From: Spirochaetaceae bacterium
Lineage (GTDB): Bacteria; Spirochaetota; Spirochaetia; DSM-27196; SLST01
Assembly: GCA_007118855.1 (NCBI GenBank)
Contig: SKQU01000121.1
Coordinates: forward strand, 1,748 to 65,747
Direction: 5' to 3'
DNA: 64,000 nt
Position numbers and translations under genes: made by a program. The stretch's first letter is position 1, and every line of letters starts with the position of its first letter. Below are positions 1-10,196 of this stretch, piece after piece. The notes beneath the pieces are model-generated. The model was not told the DNA's origin. It saw nothing but the letters and a program-made list of their open reading frames with translations, and searched no databases.

Positions 1-606
1 GTGCATCAGACGGTTGTCATGGAGCCGACGCTGCAAAGGGGTGAGCGCTTCTTCGCAATCCCGCTCGCCTATGGTCCGCGTGTCCGGCTGTTCGGCTGGG
101 TCCTCCCCGGGTTTCGCCCCCCCGCTCGGGGCGACCTGGCGCTCGTGCGTCCGGGCTACGTAGAGCGGATCGGTTTTGCGCGTCGGCTTGCCGACCCCGT
201 GCTCCGGTTCTTCACGCTCGAGCACAGACGGATCGACGACGGCGACGGGTGGGACTCGTCGTTGCAGATCAAGCGGATCATCGGGCTGCCGGGAGACACG
301 GTCCGCATGGAGCGCCTGACCGCCTACGTGAGGCCTGCCGGGTCGCAGGAGTTCGCCGAGGAGTTCATGCTCGCTTCCCGCCCGTACGATATCCTCGCCG
401 AGGAGCGCCCGGTCGCGTGGCAGGCGCTCGACCCCTTCGGGACCGCCTTCGAGAACATTACACTCGGCGACGACGAGTACTTCGTGCTCTCCGATCATCG
501 CGGCGCCGGGCTCGACTCGCGTCATTGGGGAGCGATACCGGCGTCGAGTATCGTCAGCCGGTTGTGGATCCGGTACTGGCCGCTCCATCGATTCGGCAGG
601 CCGTAA
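1..606 (+). CDS. lepB: Signal peptidase I (5' end outside window)
   Basis: ORF is open from base 1. Motifs MEPTL (SMxPTL-like), KRIIGLPGD and [16 protein letters not shown] (GDNRxxSxDSR-like box E) are present. No N-terminal TM anchor is present, so the gene is truncated by the window edge. Confidence 0.8.
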   Translation: MHQTVVMEPTLQRGERFFAIPLAYGPRVRLFGWVLPGFRPPARGDLALVRPGYVERIGFARRLADPVLRFFTLEHRRIDDGDGWDSSLQIKRIIGLPGDTVRMERLTAYVRPAGSQEFAEEFMLASRPYDILAEERPVAWQALDPFGTAFENITLGDDEYFVLSDHRGAGLDSRHWGAIPASSIVSRLWIRYWPLHRFGRP

Positions 607-638
607 TCGGCGCGGGGCCTCGATGCGCCCGGGCTTTC

Positions 639-667
639 TTGACACCGGTCATCCACGGTGGTACCGT
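639..667 (+). promoter_or_regulatory. Putative sigma70-type promoter TTGACA-N17-TACCGT upstream of yebC
   Basis: Perfect -35 TTGACA (639-644), 17-nt spacer, -10-like TACCGT (662-667). It sits in the 70-nt lepB-yebC gap. The ATG at 677 lies about 10 nt after the -10 and no Shine-Dalgarno is visible. Confidence 0.35.
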
Positions 668-676
668 TGCTTCGCG

Positions 677-1420
677 ATGTCAGGTCACAGCAAATGGGCG
701 ACAATCCGCCACAAGAAGGGGGCAGCGGACGCGAAGCGCGGGCAGCTGTTCACCAAGCTCATCAAGGAGATCACTGTCGCCGCGCGCATGGGAGGCGGCG
801 ATGAGGACGCGAATCCCCGACTCAGGCAGGCGGTGATCAAGGCCCGGACCGCGAACATGCCCAAGGACAATATAGACCGGGCGATCAAGAAGGGTACCGG
901 AGACCTCGAGGGGGCCGAATTCGTCGAGATCACCTACGAGGGCTACGGTCCCGGCGGGGTCGCGATCATGGTCGACAGCCTCACGGACAACCGGAACCGG
1001 ACCGCCGCCGACGTACGCAGCATCTTTGCTAAACAGGGAGGAAACCTCGGCGAAACCGGCTGCGTCTCGTATCTGTTCACGCGCAAGGGCGTTCTGTCCT
1101 ACAGCGCGGAGAAATACGAGGAGGACGCGGTCTTTGAGAGCGCGCTCGAGGCCGGCGCGGCCGACGTGACGAGCGAGGGTGAGGCGATCGAAGTGACGTG
1201 CGACCCCGACGATTTCGAGCGCGTGCTCACCGCGATGCAGGAGGCGGGCTTCGAGCACGAGAACGCCGAGATCCTCAAGGTCCCTGAGGCCAGGGTCTCG
1301 CTCGATCACGACAAGACGCAGAAGGCCCTTCGCCTGATCGAGGCGCTCGAGGATAACGACGACGTTCAGGAGGTCTCGAGCAACATCGATATCCCGGACG
1401 ACTTCGAACCGGACGAATGA
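677..1420 (+). CDS. yebC: YebC/PmpR family DNA-binding regulator
   Basis: Canonical family N-terminus [22 protein letters not shown]. Conserved position upstream of ruvC. The in-frame upstream ATG at 623 would add a non-homologous 18 aa and was rejected. Confidence 0.9.
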   Translation: MSGHSKWATIRHKKGAADAKRGQLFTKLIKEITVAARMGGGDEDANPRLRQAVIKARTANMPKDNIDRAIKKGTGDLEGAEFVEITYEGYGPGGVAIMVDSLTDNRNRTAADVRSIFAKQGGNLGETGCVSYLFTRKGVLSYSAEKYEEDAVFESALEAGAADVTSEGEAIEVTCDPDDFERVLTAMQEAGFEHENAEILKVPEARVSLDHDKTQKALRLIEALEDNDDVQEVSSNIDIPDDFEPDE

Positions 1421-1914
1421 CGCGCGTGATGGGGATCGATCCCGGGCTCGCTTCCACCGGCTGGGGCGTGGTCGATTCCGACGGGTCGCGGTACCGCCAC
1501 GTGGACCACGGGGTCATCTCGACCGACGCGCATGTCGCCGTGGGACTGAGGCTGCGCACGATCTTCGGGGAGCTCGAGTCGATCATCGCACGGTACCGCC
1601 CGGCCGAGGCAGGCATCGAGTCGCTCTACTTCGCACGGAACGCGACGAGCGCGATCCCTGTCGCGCAGGCGCGCGGCGTTGCCTTTCTCGTCCTCTCGCT
1701 CGCCGACGTCCCTACCTTCGAGTACCCGCCGCAGGCAATCAAGCAGAGTATCGTAGGCGAGGGAAAGGCGGACAAACACCAGGTGCAGGAGCTCGTGCGC
1801 GTGCTCCTCGGACTCGCCGAGATTCCGCGTCCCGACCACGGCGCGGACGCCCTGGCCGCGGCGATCTGTCATCTCGCCCACCGTCCCCTGCAGGAGCGCA
1901 TGAGCAGTGTTTAA
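1417..1914 (+). CDS. ruvC: Holliday junction resolvase RuvC
   Basis: [16 protein letters not shown] catalytic-Asp N-terminal motif. About 165 aa. ATGA start/stop overlap with yebC. Confidence 0.9.
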   Translation: MTRVMGIDPGLASTGWGVVDSDGSRYRHVDHGVISTDAHVAVGLRLRTIFGELESIIARYRPAEAGIESLYFARNATSAIPVAQARGVAFLVLSLADVPTFEYPPQAIKQSIVGEGKADKHQVQELVRVLLGLAEIPRPDHGADALAAAICHLAHRPLQERMSSV

Positions 1915-2506
1915 CAGCCTCACCGGCACGATCACGGGCCGAGGGCCCAACGCGCTCTTTCTCGCGACCGGCGGCGTCGAGTGGGAGCTCGAGGTCAGCG
2001 GCTACACGCTTCGAAGCCTCTCCGGACAGGGGAACGAGCCGGTCCGCGTATTCACCTACCTCTACCACCGCGAAGACCAGATGCGGCTGTACGGTTTCTC
2101 CGGGAGCGAGGAGCGGCGGGTCTTCCTCGAGCTCACCCGGGTGAGCGGGATCGGGCCGCGCGCCGCGCTGAAGATGCTCAGCGGTACGAGTCCCGGCGAG
2201 CTTATCCGCATGCTCGAGGCCGAAGACGTGGACGGACTCGTGAGACTGCCGGGCCTCGGACGCAAGACCGCGCAGAAGGTGATCCTGACGCTCCGGGGGA
2301 AGCTCGTCGTCGAACCCGGCACGGCGGCCGGATCACACACCGAGCTCGTCGACGCGCTCGTCGAGATGGGCTTCGATCGAACCGAGGTCAATTCGGTGGT
2401 CGCCGCGCTCAACGCGGAGCTCGATGCCGACGGGTCGGCGGAGCTCGAACCGGCCGAGCGCGAGCGGGAGATCTTTCGCCTCGCTATTGTCCGCCTGTCC
2501 GGTTGA
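1907..2506 (+). CDS. ruvA: Holliday junction branch migration protein RuvA
   Basis: MFNSLTGTI start, HhH segments (LTRVSGIGPRAALKML, LPGLGRKTAQKVIL), 199 aa. Lies between ruvC and ruvB. Confidence 0.9.
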   Translation: MFNSLTGTITGRGPNALFLATGGVEWELEVSGYTLRSLSGQGNEPVRVFTYLYHREDQMRLYGFSGSEERRVFLELTRVSGIGPRAALKMLSGTSPGELIRMLEAEDVDGLVRLPGLGRKTAQKVILTLRGKLVVEPGTAAGSHTELVDALVEMGFDRTEVNSVVAALNAELDADGSAELEPAEREREIFRLAIVRLSG

Positions 2507-2512
2507 GGTATA

Positions 2513-3547
2513 GTGGCCCTGATGAGTCTGCTTCACGGAGAAGAGTCGGCGGAAAACAGCGCAGAAGAGCAGCAGCTCGAGAATCGGCTTCGGCCGCAGC
2601 GGCTCGAAGAGTTTCAGGGACAGGCCGAGCTGAAGGAAAACCTCGGCGTGTTCGTCGAGGCCGCTCGCGGTCGCGAAGAGGCGCTCGATCACGTCTTCCT
2701 GAGCGGGCCTCCCGGTCTCGGCAAGACGACGCTCGCCTCGATCCTCGCGCACGAGATGGGCGGCGAGTTCAAGGTCACCGCGGCTCCCGCGCTCGAGAAA
2801 CCCAAGGACCTCGCCGGCATCCTCACGACGCTCTCCGAGGGCGCGGTATTCCTGATCGACGAGATCCACCGGCTCAAGCCGGCGATCGAAGAGATGCTCT
2901 ACATCGCGATGGAGGACTATGAGCTCGACTGGATCATCGGACAGGGGCCGGCGGCGCGGACGATCCGGATTCCGCTGCCGCCCTTCACGCTCGTGGGCGC
3001 CACGACCAGGGCCGGGCTCGTGGCCGCGCCGCTGTACAGCCGCTTCGGGATCACGGTGCGCATCGATTACTACTCGCTCGTCGATCTCGGGTCGATCCTC
3101 CGGCGCAGCGCCGCAATCCTTGACGTGGAGGTCGAGGAGGATACCGTCGATCTCCTCGCCCGATGCGCTCGCGGCACGCCGCGGGTGGCGAACCGGATTC
3201 TGCGGCGGATGCGCGACTTCGCGCAGGTACTCGGGTCGGGAACCGTCACCAGGGCGATCGTGAAGGAGGGGATGCAGCGGCTGAAGATCGATCCGGAGGG
3301 ACTCGAGGAGCACGACCGGGAGATCCTTAGAACGGTCATCACCACCTACGGCGGCGGGCCGGTCGGCGCCGAGACGCTCGCGATCTCGGTGGGCGAAGCG
3401 ATTGACACGCTCGAGGACTTCTACGAGCCGTACCTCATCCAGCGCGGGTACCTGAAGCGCACTCCCCGCGGGCGCGTGGCGACGCCGCGCGCCTACGAAC
3501 ACCTGGGCCTCGAGCTGCCGCATGAAGACGGCGGACTTCTCTTTTGA
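2513..3547 (+). CDS. ruvB: Holliday junction helicase RuvB
   Basis: Walker [12 protein letters not shown], Walker [10 protein letters not shown], sensor region GATTRAG. Start could be the ATG at 2522 instead of the GTG at 2513. Confidence 0.95.
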   Translation: MALMSLLHGEESAENSAEEQQLENRLRPQRLEEFQGQAELKENLGVFVEAARGREEALDHVFLSGPPGLGKTTLASILAHEMGGEFKVTAAPALEKPKDLAGILTTLSEGAVFLIDEIHRLKPAIEEMLYIAMEDYELDWIIGQGPAARTIRIPLPPFTLVGATTRAGLVAAPLYSRFGITVRIDYYSLVDLGSILRRSAAILDVEVEEDTVDLLARCARGTPRVANRILRRMRDFAQVLGSGTVTRAIVKEGMQRLKIDPEGLEEHDREILRTVITTYGGGPVGAETLAISVGEAIDTLEDFYEPYLIQRGYLKRTPRGRVATPRAYEHLGLELPHEDGGLLF

Positions 3548-4562
3548 CCTCCCCGACGAGCTGGTCGCGCAGCGCCCTTCCGGGCGTCGCGACCGGGCGC
3601 GGCTGATGGTGCTCGACCGCCGAACCGGCGAAACCGGGCACCATCGGGTCGCCGACCTGCCGCAGCTGCTCGCCCCCGGGACGGTCATGGTGTTCAACGA
3701 CAGCAGGGTGCGGAAGGCGAGGCTCGTCGCACGGGTGGCCGGCGGCGATTCCGACCGGGAGTTCCTGCTCGTGCGGCAGCTGCCGGACAGCGAGGTCTGG
3801 GAGGCGATGACGCGCAAGCCTTCGCGGTTACGAGTCGGTACGCTCCTGGAGTTTCCCGGCCGACGGCGCGCCGCCGTGACCGGTCACCGGGAGATGTTCG
3901 TGCACCTGCGCTTCGATTCTCCGCTCGACGAGGCGTACTTCGCCTCGTGGGGCCACGTGCCGCTTCCACCCTATATCGCGAGGGACGACGAGGAGGAAGA
4001 CGAGAGCCGTTACCAGACGGTCTACGCGCGGGAGCCGGGATCGGTCGCCGCGCCGACCGCGGGGCTGCACTTCACCCCGGAACTGCTCGAACGGATCGAG
4101 CAGCGCGGTATCCAGATTGAATGGGTGCGCCTGCACGTGGGAATCGGGACCTTTCTGCCGGTCCGCGTCGAGGAGATCGAGCGGTACGAGATGCACGAGG
4201 AGCGCTGCGAGCTGCGCCCGGCGGTCGCCGACCGGATCAACGCGGCCCGCGAAGCGGGTCGTCCGATTCTCGCGGTGGGTACGACGTCGGTCCGCACGCT
4301 CGAAAGTGCCTGGGATGGGAATCGGGGGTGCCTCGTCGGCTTCTGCGGAGAAACCCGACTCTTCATCCGGCCGGGCTACCGGTTCAGGGTGGTCGACGCG
4401 CTGTTCACGAACTTCCACACGCCGCGGTCGACGCTGCTCATGCTCGTGAGCGCATTCGCCGGCCGCGAGCGCGTACTCGCCGCCTACGAGGAGGCGGTGC
4501 GGCGTCGCTACCGGTTCTACTCGTACGGCGACGCGATGCTGATCAGGCAGACCCCTCAGTAG
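3522..4562 (+). CDS. queA: S-adenosylmethionine:tRNA ribosyltransferase-isomerase
   Basis: [29 protein letters not shown] and [10 protein letters not shown] are family-typical. Overlaps the ruvB end by 26 nt. Confidence 0.93.
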   Translation: MKTADFSFDLPDELVAQRPSGRRDRARLMVLDRRTGETGHHRVADLPQLLAPGTVMVFNDSRVRKARLVARVAGGDSDREFLLVRQLPDSEVWEAMTRKPSRLRVGTLLEFPGRRRAAVTGHREMFVHLRFDSPLDEAYFASWGHVPLPPYIARDDEEEDESRYQTVYAREPGSVAAPTAGLHFTPELLERIEQRGIQIEWVRLHVGIGTFLPVRVEEIERYEMHEERCELRPAVADRINAAREAGRPILAVGTTSVRTLESAWDGNRGCLVGFCGETRLFIRPGYRFRVVDALFTNFHTPRSTLLMLVSAFAGRERVLAAYEEAVRRRYRFYSYGDAMLIRQTPQ

Positions 4563-5164
4563 GTCGTCCCGTCCATCGCGAGGAACTCGGCGCGCACCCG
4601 CTCGAGGCGCGCCTGGTGGCGGTCGATAATCGCACCGTAGTCGAGCTCACCGTGCTCGATCCGGTAGCTCTGGTCTGCCCAGTACTGGACCTCCTTCAGA
4701 TGCAGCCAGGGAAACCGCGCCGCCTCCGCGCTCCAGCGCACCGCTTCGTCCCAGTAGTATCGGGCGATCTCGAAGAGGCTTTCGCTCCGCAGAAGGCTGT
4801 CTACGTTCTGGTCGCGCCAGGGATAGTTGTAGAAGTAGGCGTCGAACTTCATGAACTTGCTCGCCCACCCGAGGTACTGGTTCACCAGGTGCAGGTTGAG
4901 ATGCATCCAGAACAGGGCGCGGTAGTACTCCCACTCGCGCGGCGTCTCCACCTTCGCCAGCGCGTAGAGTGGGTTCGCGAAGTCGGCCTTCAGCGCCAGC
5001 TCGAGCCAGCGGATGTTTTCCGCATAGTCCTCCGGATACATATGGAGCTGCTGATGGTTGAGCCGGTAGAGCTGTTCCTTGTAGATCAGCCGGTACGCCT
5101 GCGTCTGCCCGGCCACCATGACGAGCAGGACGAGCAGGAGGATGCCTCGAGACCGCGGACTCAT
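4556..5164 (-). CDS. Hypothetical secreted W/Y-rich protein
   Basis: Signal-peptide-like N-terminus (MSPRSRGILLLVLLVMVAGQTQA), good GC3 codon pattern, start 2 nt after the tmk stop. I recognise no family. Confidence 0.6.
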   Translation of the reverse strand: MSPRSRGILLLVLLVMVAGQTQAYRLIYKEQLYRLNHQQLHMYPEDYAENIRWLELALKADFANPLYALAKVETPREWEYYRALFWMHLNLHLVNQYLGWASKFMKFDAYFYNYPWRDQNVDSLLRSESLFEIARYYWDEAVRWSAEAARFPWLHLKEVQYWADQSYRIEHGELDYGAIIDRHQARLERVRAEFLAMDGTTY

Positions 5165-5166
5165 GG

Positions 5167-5793
5167 CTAGAGTATCGACGTCTCACCCAGGAGGAGCCAG
5201 ATCTTTTCGGCGATCGCCGCCTGGGGCTCGGTGCCGTCGAGGATCTCCACGCGTACGTTGCGCCCGACGTTCGTGAGCACCTCCAGGTACCGGCTGCGGA
5301 CCTGCTCCTGGAACTCGGTGCGCTCGTAGATCTCGCGAAGCGGCCGGTCGGCGATGCGCTGCTCTGCGACCGACGCCGGCAGATCGACGAAGAATACGAT
5401 GTCCGGATCGGCGAACCGCCGGTTCAGGTCGGAAACGAGGCCACAGTCGTTCTCGACCGACTGGTAGGCGAGGGAGCTGTACTTGTAGCGATCGCAGACG
5501 ACGAGCTCGCCCCGCTCGAGGCGATCGATGATCCCGTTCGAGCCGTGCAGGTGATCCGAGCGGTCGGCGGCGAACAGGTAGGCGATGGTCTCGGGGGCCG
5601 CGGCGGTGCGCCCCGCGAGGATGTCGCGCAGAAGGCGGCCGACGGGGCCCCGCGTGGGCTCGCTCGTCGTCCAGGTCTCGCGACCGGTTGTTTCGACCCG
5701 TTCGGCGAGCATGCGACACTGCGTAGTCGTTCCGGACCCGTCGATGCCTTCGAAGACGACGAACCCGCCCTTCCAGGGGCGCTCCTGACTCAT
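5167..5793 (-). CDS. tmk: Thymidylate kinase
   Basis: P-loop FEGIDGSGTTTQ, DRY-type motif CDRYKYSSLAYQ, 208 aa. Confidence 0.9.
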   Translation of the reverse strand: MSQERPWKGGFVVFEGIDGSGTTTQCRMLAERVETTGRETWTTSEPTRGPVGRLLRDILAGRTAAAPETIAYLFAADRSDHLHGSNGIIDRLERGELVVCDRYKYSSLAYQSVENDCGLVSDLNRRFADPDIVFFVDLPASVAEQRIADRPLREIYERTEFQEQVRSRYLEVLTNVGRNVRVEILDGTEPQAAIAEKIWLLLGETSIL

Positions 5794-5801
5794 TCTTCAC
5801 C

Positions 5802-5830
5802 TTTAATCGCGAGGGCTGCTGTGGTACACT
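5802..5830 (+). promoter_or_regulatory. Weak candidate promoter for tamB (TTTAAT-N17-TACACT)
   Basis: The -10-like TACACT (5825-5830) is preceded by TGg. Its -10 overlaps the minus-strand -10 of the tmk promoter. Confidence 0.25.
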
Positions 5831-5855
5831 ATACGCAAGGAGAGATGACGATCAA
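5828..5855 (-). promoter_or_regulatory. Putative sigma70-type promoter for tmk (TTGATC-N16-TATAGT on minus strand)
   Basis: The reverse complement of 5850-5855 is TTGATC and of 5828-5833 is TATAGT. This is followed by AAGGTG about 6 nt before the tmk ATG. Confidence 0.4.
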
Positions 5856-5870
5856 GGTGGTGATGTTCCT

Positions 5871-8800
5871 TTGAGCCGACCAAAACTGCGTCTGGCCGTC
5901 CAGATCACTGCGGTGGTGGTGCTGGTGGCTGCGGCGATACTGGTCCTGGGACCCGTGCGGACCGAGTTCGACCGACGGTTCGAGCGGGCCAAGACCGAGG
6001 CGGTCACGCAGCTCGAGCGCCTGCTTGGGCGACGGGTGACCTATTCGAGTATCTCTCCATCAATCCTGCGCTACCTCAGCGTCCGCGATCTCACCATCCA
6101 CGGCAACGCAGCGGATCCCGGTGATCTGCTCACCGTCCAGCAGCTGCGGATCTTCTATCGTCCGCTGCGGCTCCTGCAGCGCCGATACGCCGAGGCGTTC
6201 TCCGAGATCCGGATCGAGAACACGACAATCCTGCTCGATGCCCGCGCCGGAAACCTTCTGAACAGCATCCTCGCGGATCTCACCGCACCCGCGGACGGCG
6301 CCACGGCCGTGGACCCGACGCCGGCACTGCTGCCGAACGACCTGACGGTCAGCGGGCGCAATATCCGGCTCTCGCTCGAGTCACAGCTCGGACGCGTGGA
6401 GGCCGAGCGGCTCTTCTTCAGCACGTCTATTCACGAGCAGATCGTCAACGTCCGCGCCCAGGGAGACCTCCGTCTTGCCGGAACGCCCAACGGTCTGCCC
6501 GTCTCCGCGGTCTCCGGACACTTCGAGGCGGTCGGGTCGGTCAACCTCCAAAGCGGCGAGACCCTCTTCGATCTCGCGCTCCCGGAGATCTCGAGCGAGG
6601 TCGCGAGCATCACCGGCCAGGTGCTCCAGGTGCGACACAGTGACGGCGTGTTCGAGGCGCGCAACGTGCAGAGCCGCGATCCGATCGACCTGTATCTGCG
6701 GTACGTGGAATCCGAGGGTGAGCTCTACGCGCGTATTCTCGCCGACGGGTATCGTCTGGGTGACCTCGTGCGGCTCAGCGGTCCCTACGAAGAGTACAAC
6801 CGGTACCTCGCGGTGCCCATCCGCGGACAGGCCAATGTGACGATGAGCCCGCAGCGGCTCTCCTTCGGCGGGTCGCTGCTGACCGAGATGCCGCACATAC
6901 CCGGGGTTCCCGCGGGAGAGGTGACGCTCCGGTTTTCCGGCGACCAGAAAAGCGTCATGATCGACGAGCTGTCCTTCGTGTCCTCAGCGGGCACCGTGGA
7001 GTACGAGGGCGCGGTCGGTCTCGAGCCGCTGCGTCCCGATGGTCGGCTGACGCTTCGCGGCGTGACCTACGGCGGGATCGAGCCGCTCTCGATGGTCGCG
7101 GACCTGCGGTCAAGCGGCGATACGATCTCGGTGAGCGCATCGCGGTTCGTGTACGCGGGGTCGACCTTCCAGGCGCTTCGCGGATCCGTGTCGCTCGGCG
7201 GTCCCCCGTCGGCCGAGCTGACGGTGGAGCTCGCGGGAACAGAGCGCTCGAGGTTCGAGATCACGAGCCGGCACGGCGAAGACGGGAGTCTCTCGCGTGT
7301 GCGTATCGACGGGCGGGGAGTCGTGCCCGAACGGCTCATCCGGCTCCAGCAGGCGATTGTCCCGGATCTCCGGCTTCCGGATCTCTCGATCCTGCCGGGC
7401 GGGATCATCGTCGACACGCGACTCGATATCGACCTGACCAACGGCCTCTCCGTCGACATGCCGCTTCTGTACGCGTACGACTCGCGCAATACCGACGACT
7501 TCCTGTCGCTTTCGCTCACCTACGAAGACGGATCGGTCGTCATCCGTGACCTCGTGGCTAGCTATCAGGGCTACAAAGGGCGCGGCGATTTCACCGCCGG
7601 CGTCGAGAACGGGGGCGCTCTCCGGTTCGCGAGCGACGTCGTGGTGCAGGACATTCCGTACCGATTCACCGGGCGTCTCAAGCCGGACAACAGTCTCGAG
7701 ATCCAGGGGCTCTACGATGTGGACGCCCGTTTCTACTTCGGTGAACGCGATGAGATCGTCTTCCGCGCATCCGGTGATCTTCCGCTTCCGCTGCTCGGAG
7801 CCGACGCAGGCCGCCTTGCGTTCTCCGGGGACGGGTTCTTCTTCTCCGTCGACGACTGGTCGGTCCGCGCGAGAGAGCTCCGCGTGACCGGTGTCCCGAT
7901 TGGTCCGGCGGCTGCCTCGGACGTGTCGATCGCCGGGACCTTCTCGCCTTCAGGCGCGAAGCTCACGAGTGTCGTGTACGCGGACCTCTTCTCCGCCGTT
8001 TCGGGCCGTGGCGGTATAACCTGGGATCTCGCCGCGCAGGCTGGGAGCATCGATCTCGACCTCAGCGGTGAGGATGGCGAGGCGTATTCGCTTCAGGCCG
8101 CCTATGCCGACGGCACGGTCGACGGGACCGCCCGGTTCGAGGCGCTTCCCTTGCTGCGACTCGGCGTGGAGACCGTCCGGGGAGCTCTGACCGGAACGGT
8201 CGCCGTCGCCGGACCGCTCGGCGCCCTGAGCGCCGCCGGACGGGTCGAGCTCGTCAACGGCAAGTTCAACAACGACCCTGTAGAGCTCGCCGCCACGCTG
8301 GAAGTTGATCCCGCTTCGATCCGGCTGACCGACGGCGCCGGACGCTACGGGAGAAGCAGGGTCGAGTCGGCGCGCGGCTCCTTCGATCTTGACCGCGGGG
8401 CGGTTGAGCTCGCCGCGACGCTCGTGCAGCAGACCGATAACGGCCGTGTCTCGGTCGGACTCGAAGGGGCCGGAGGATTCGGCGCCCTGGAAACGGGCGC
8501 TGACTTCGTCTCGGCCGACTTTGACGGTACGATCCGTCTGCTGGGGCTCCCCGTTCGGGATGACCTGCCGTCCGACTGGACGTTCACCGTATCGCGGAGC
8601 GAAGGAACAACGCGGTTCTCCGGGGGACCGGACCGCGCACTTTCAGTCGCGCTTCGCCCGGGCGGCGCCTTCCGCGCTTCGGCACGCGCGCCCCTGCCGG
8701 TGCGATTCGATGCCGTCGGCCTTATCGAGGGCGGTGCGATCGAGGTGGACCTGGTCAACATCTGGGCAGACGGCGCCCGGCTCTGGGCGGCCGTTGAGTC

Positions 8801-10175
8801 TCCGGGGTTCGGCTTCACCGCCGGAGAGGTGACGGGGAGCCTGCGCATCGTAGGCCCGGTCAACGACCCGGACTTCTACGGCACGCTTGTTGCCGACGGG
8901 GTGATGGCGCAGCTCGACATTCTTCCCGATCCGATCGGGCCGGCGCGGACCTTCGTCGTCTTCGACGAGAGGATGTTCAGCGCGCGAGAGATGGTCGTCC
9001 CGGCCGGTTCCGGACGCGCGCGCGTCTCCATGGAGATGGCGATGGACCGGTGGCTGCCCGAGCAGTTCCGGGTCAACATCGCGACAGAGCCGGAGGGCGC
9101 CGTTCGGGTTGCCTACGACTTCGGGGGCGCGGTGATCGACGGACGTGCCGCCGGCACGGTGCAGGTGGACGGAACGCTCACCTCCACGAGGGTGACCGGT
9201 AGCGTGACGGGGTCGTCGATGATGATCACGCTCTCCGAGGTTCCGGATGAGGCGCCGGTCGCGGAGCAGGCCAACGATCTCAGCGTCGATCTGACCGTGC
9301 GGACGGGAAGGGGCGTGGAGTTTCGCTGGCCGACGAGCACCTTCCCCATCCTGCGGGGGTTTGCCGGGGTGGGAGAGACGGTTCGAGTGACCCACGAGAG
9401 CATGACCCAGGCGTTCTCCATGACCGGAAGCGTCAATATCCAGGGCGGAGAGGTGTTCTACTTCGATCGCAGCTTCTACATCCGCGAAGGCCGCATTACC
9501 TTCGATGAGTCCGAGGTCGAGTTCGACCCGCTGCTCACCGTGAACGCCGAGATTCGCGAAATCGCCGAAGAAGGGCCGGTGCGGGTCTACCTCGTGGCCG
9601 ACGAGCGCCCACTGAGCCAGTTCACGCCCCGGTGGCGAAGCGATCCGCCGCTCACCGAAGCGGCGATCATCGCACTGCTCGGCGGAAGTGTGTTCGTCGG
9701 GGAGGGGGGAGGCCCGCTCGACTTCTCCGATGCGGTGCTGCTCACCAGCGATGTGGTGAGCCAGTTCGCAATCATCCGCGGCTTCGAGAGCTCCGTGCGG
9801 GAGGCGCTGCAGCTCGACCTGTTCAGCATCCGCACCCAGCTCTTCCAGAATCTGCTTCGCGGCGTGATCGACCCGGTTTCCTACCCACTTGACACGCGCG
9901 CGCCCTCTCTTGGACAGTACCTGGACAATACGACGCTGTTTATGGGGAAGTACCTGGGGACGGATCTCTTCCTGGAGCTGCTCGTGCAGCTGCGCGCATC
10001 GCAGCCGCTGGCCTATGAGCCGCCGAGCCTGGCCGGGATAGACGTTGAATCAGAGCTCAGTCTGGAATGGCGAACTCCGTTCTTCCTGCTCGAGTGGAGC
10101 TTCTTTCCTCGCGATCCGAGCTCCCTGTTCCTCGCCGACAATACCATCAGCTTCTCCTGGGAGTTTTCGTACTGA
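5871..10175 (+). CDS. tamB: TamB-like translocation and assembly module protein (AsmA/DUF490-type)
   Basis: 1434 aa with a single N-terminal TM helix (LAVQITAVVVLVAAAILVLG) and a long beta-rich body. The C-terminal region has a TamB/DUF490-like character (…SDPPLTEAAIIALLGG…). Lies directly upstream of bamA. TTG start preceded by AAGGTGGTGA. Confidence 0.75.
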   Translation: MSRPKLRLAVQITAVVVLVAAAILVLGPVRTEFDRRFERAKTEAVTQLERLLGRRVTYSSISPSILRYLSVRDLTIHGNAADPGDLLTVQQLRIFYRPLRLLQRRYAEAFSEIRIENTTILLDARAGNLLNSILADLTAPADGATAVDPTPALLPNDLTVSGRNIRLSLESQLGRVEAERLFFSTSIHEQIVNVRAQGDLRLAGTPNGLPVSAVSGHFEAVGSVNLQSGETLFDLALPEISSEVASITGQVLQVRHSDGVFEARNVQSRDPIDLYLRYVESEGELYARILADGYRLGDLVRLSGPYEEYNRYLAVPIRGQANVTMSPQRLSFGGSLLTEMPHIPGVPAGEVTLRFSGDQKSVMIDELSFVSSAGTVEYEGAVGLEPLRPDGRLTLRGVTYGGIEPLSMVADLRSSGDTISVSASRFVYAGSTFQALRGSVSLGGPPSAELTVELAGTERSRFEITSRHGEDGSLSRVRIDGRGVVPERLIRLQQAIVPDLRLPDLSILPGGIIVDTRLDIDLTNGLSVDMPLLYAYDSRNTDDFLSLSLTYEDGSVVIRDLVASYQGYKGRGDFTAGVENGGALRFASDVVVQDIPYRFTGRLKPDNSLEIQGLYDVDARFYFGERDEIVFRASGDLPLPLLGADAGRLAFSGDGFFFSVDDWSVRARELRVTGVPIGPAAASDVSIAGTFSPSGAKLTSVVYADLFSAVSGRGGITWDLAAQAGSIDLDLSGEDGEAYSLQAAYADGTVDGTARFEALPLLRLGVETVRGALTGTVAVAGPLGALSAAGRVELVNGKFNNDPVELAATLEVDPASIRLTDGAGRYGRSRVESARGSFDLDRGAVELAATLVQQTDNGRVSVGLEGAGGFGALETGADFVSADFDGTIRLLGLPVRDDLPSDWTFTVSRSEGTTRFSGGPDRALSVALRPGGAFRASARAPLPVRFDAVGLIEGGAIEVDLVNIWADGARLWAAVESPGFGFTAGEVTGSLRIVGPVNDPDFYGTLVADGVMAQLDILPDPIGPARTFVVFDERMFSAREMVVPAGSGRARVSMEMAMDRWLPEQFRVNIATEPEGAVRVAYDFGGAVIDGRAAGTVQVDGTLTSTRVTGSVTGSSMMITLSEVPDEAPVAEQANDLSVDLTVRTGRGVEFRWPTSTFPILRGFAGVGETVRVTHESMTQAFSMTGSVNIQGGEVFYFDRSFYIREGRITFDESEVEFDPLLTVNAEIREIAEEGPVRVYLVADERPLSQFTPRWRSDPPLTEAAIIALLGGSVFVGEGGGPLDFSDAVLLTSDVVSQFAIIRGFESSVREALQLDLFSIRTQLFQNLLRGVIDPVSYPLDTRAPSLGQYLDNTTLFMGKYLGTDLFLELLVQLRASQPLAYEPPSLAGIDVESELSLEWRTPFFLLEWSFFPRDPSSLFLADNTISFSWEFSY

Positions 10176-10196
10176 CCCCGGGAGGCAGGAGACTAC

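Noticed and set aside
655-672. Sigma54-like GG-N10-TTGCT (cacGGTGGTACCGTTGCT) before yebC
   Set aside because: Only the GG and TTGC positions match and the rest of the -24 box does not. The same DNA is better explained as the spacer and -10 of a perfect TTGACA promoter.
1981-2922. 313-aa Arg-rich plus-strand ORF overlapping ruvA and ruvB, with similar shifted-frame ORFs throughout (e.g. 4121-5170, 18207-18755, 31223-32080, 47635-48039)
   Set aside because: These are alternative frames of genuine genes. Their extreme R/P/G/A composition is typical of off-frame translation of GC-rich DNA, and the overlapping frames carry clear family motifs.
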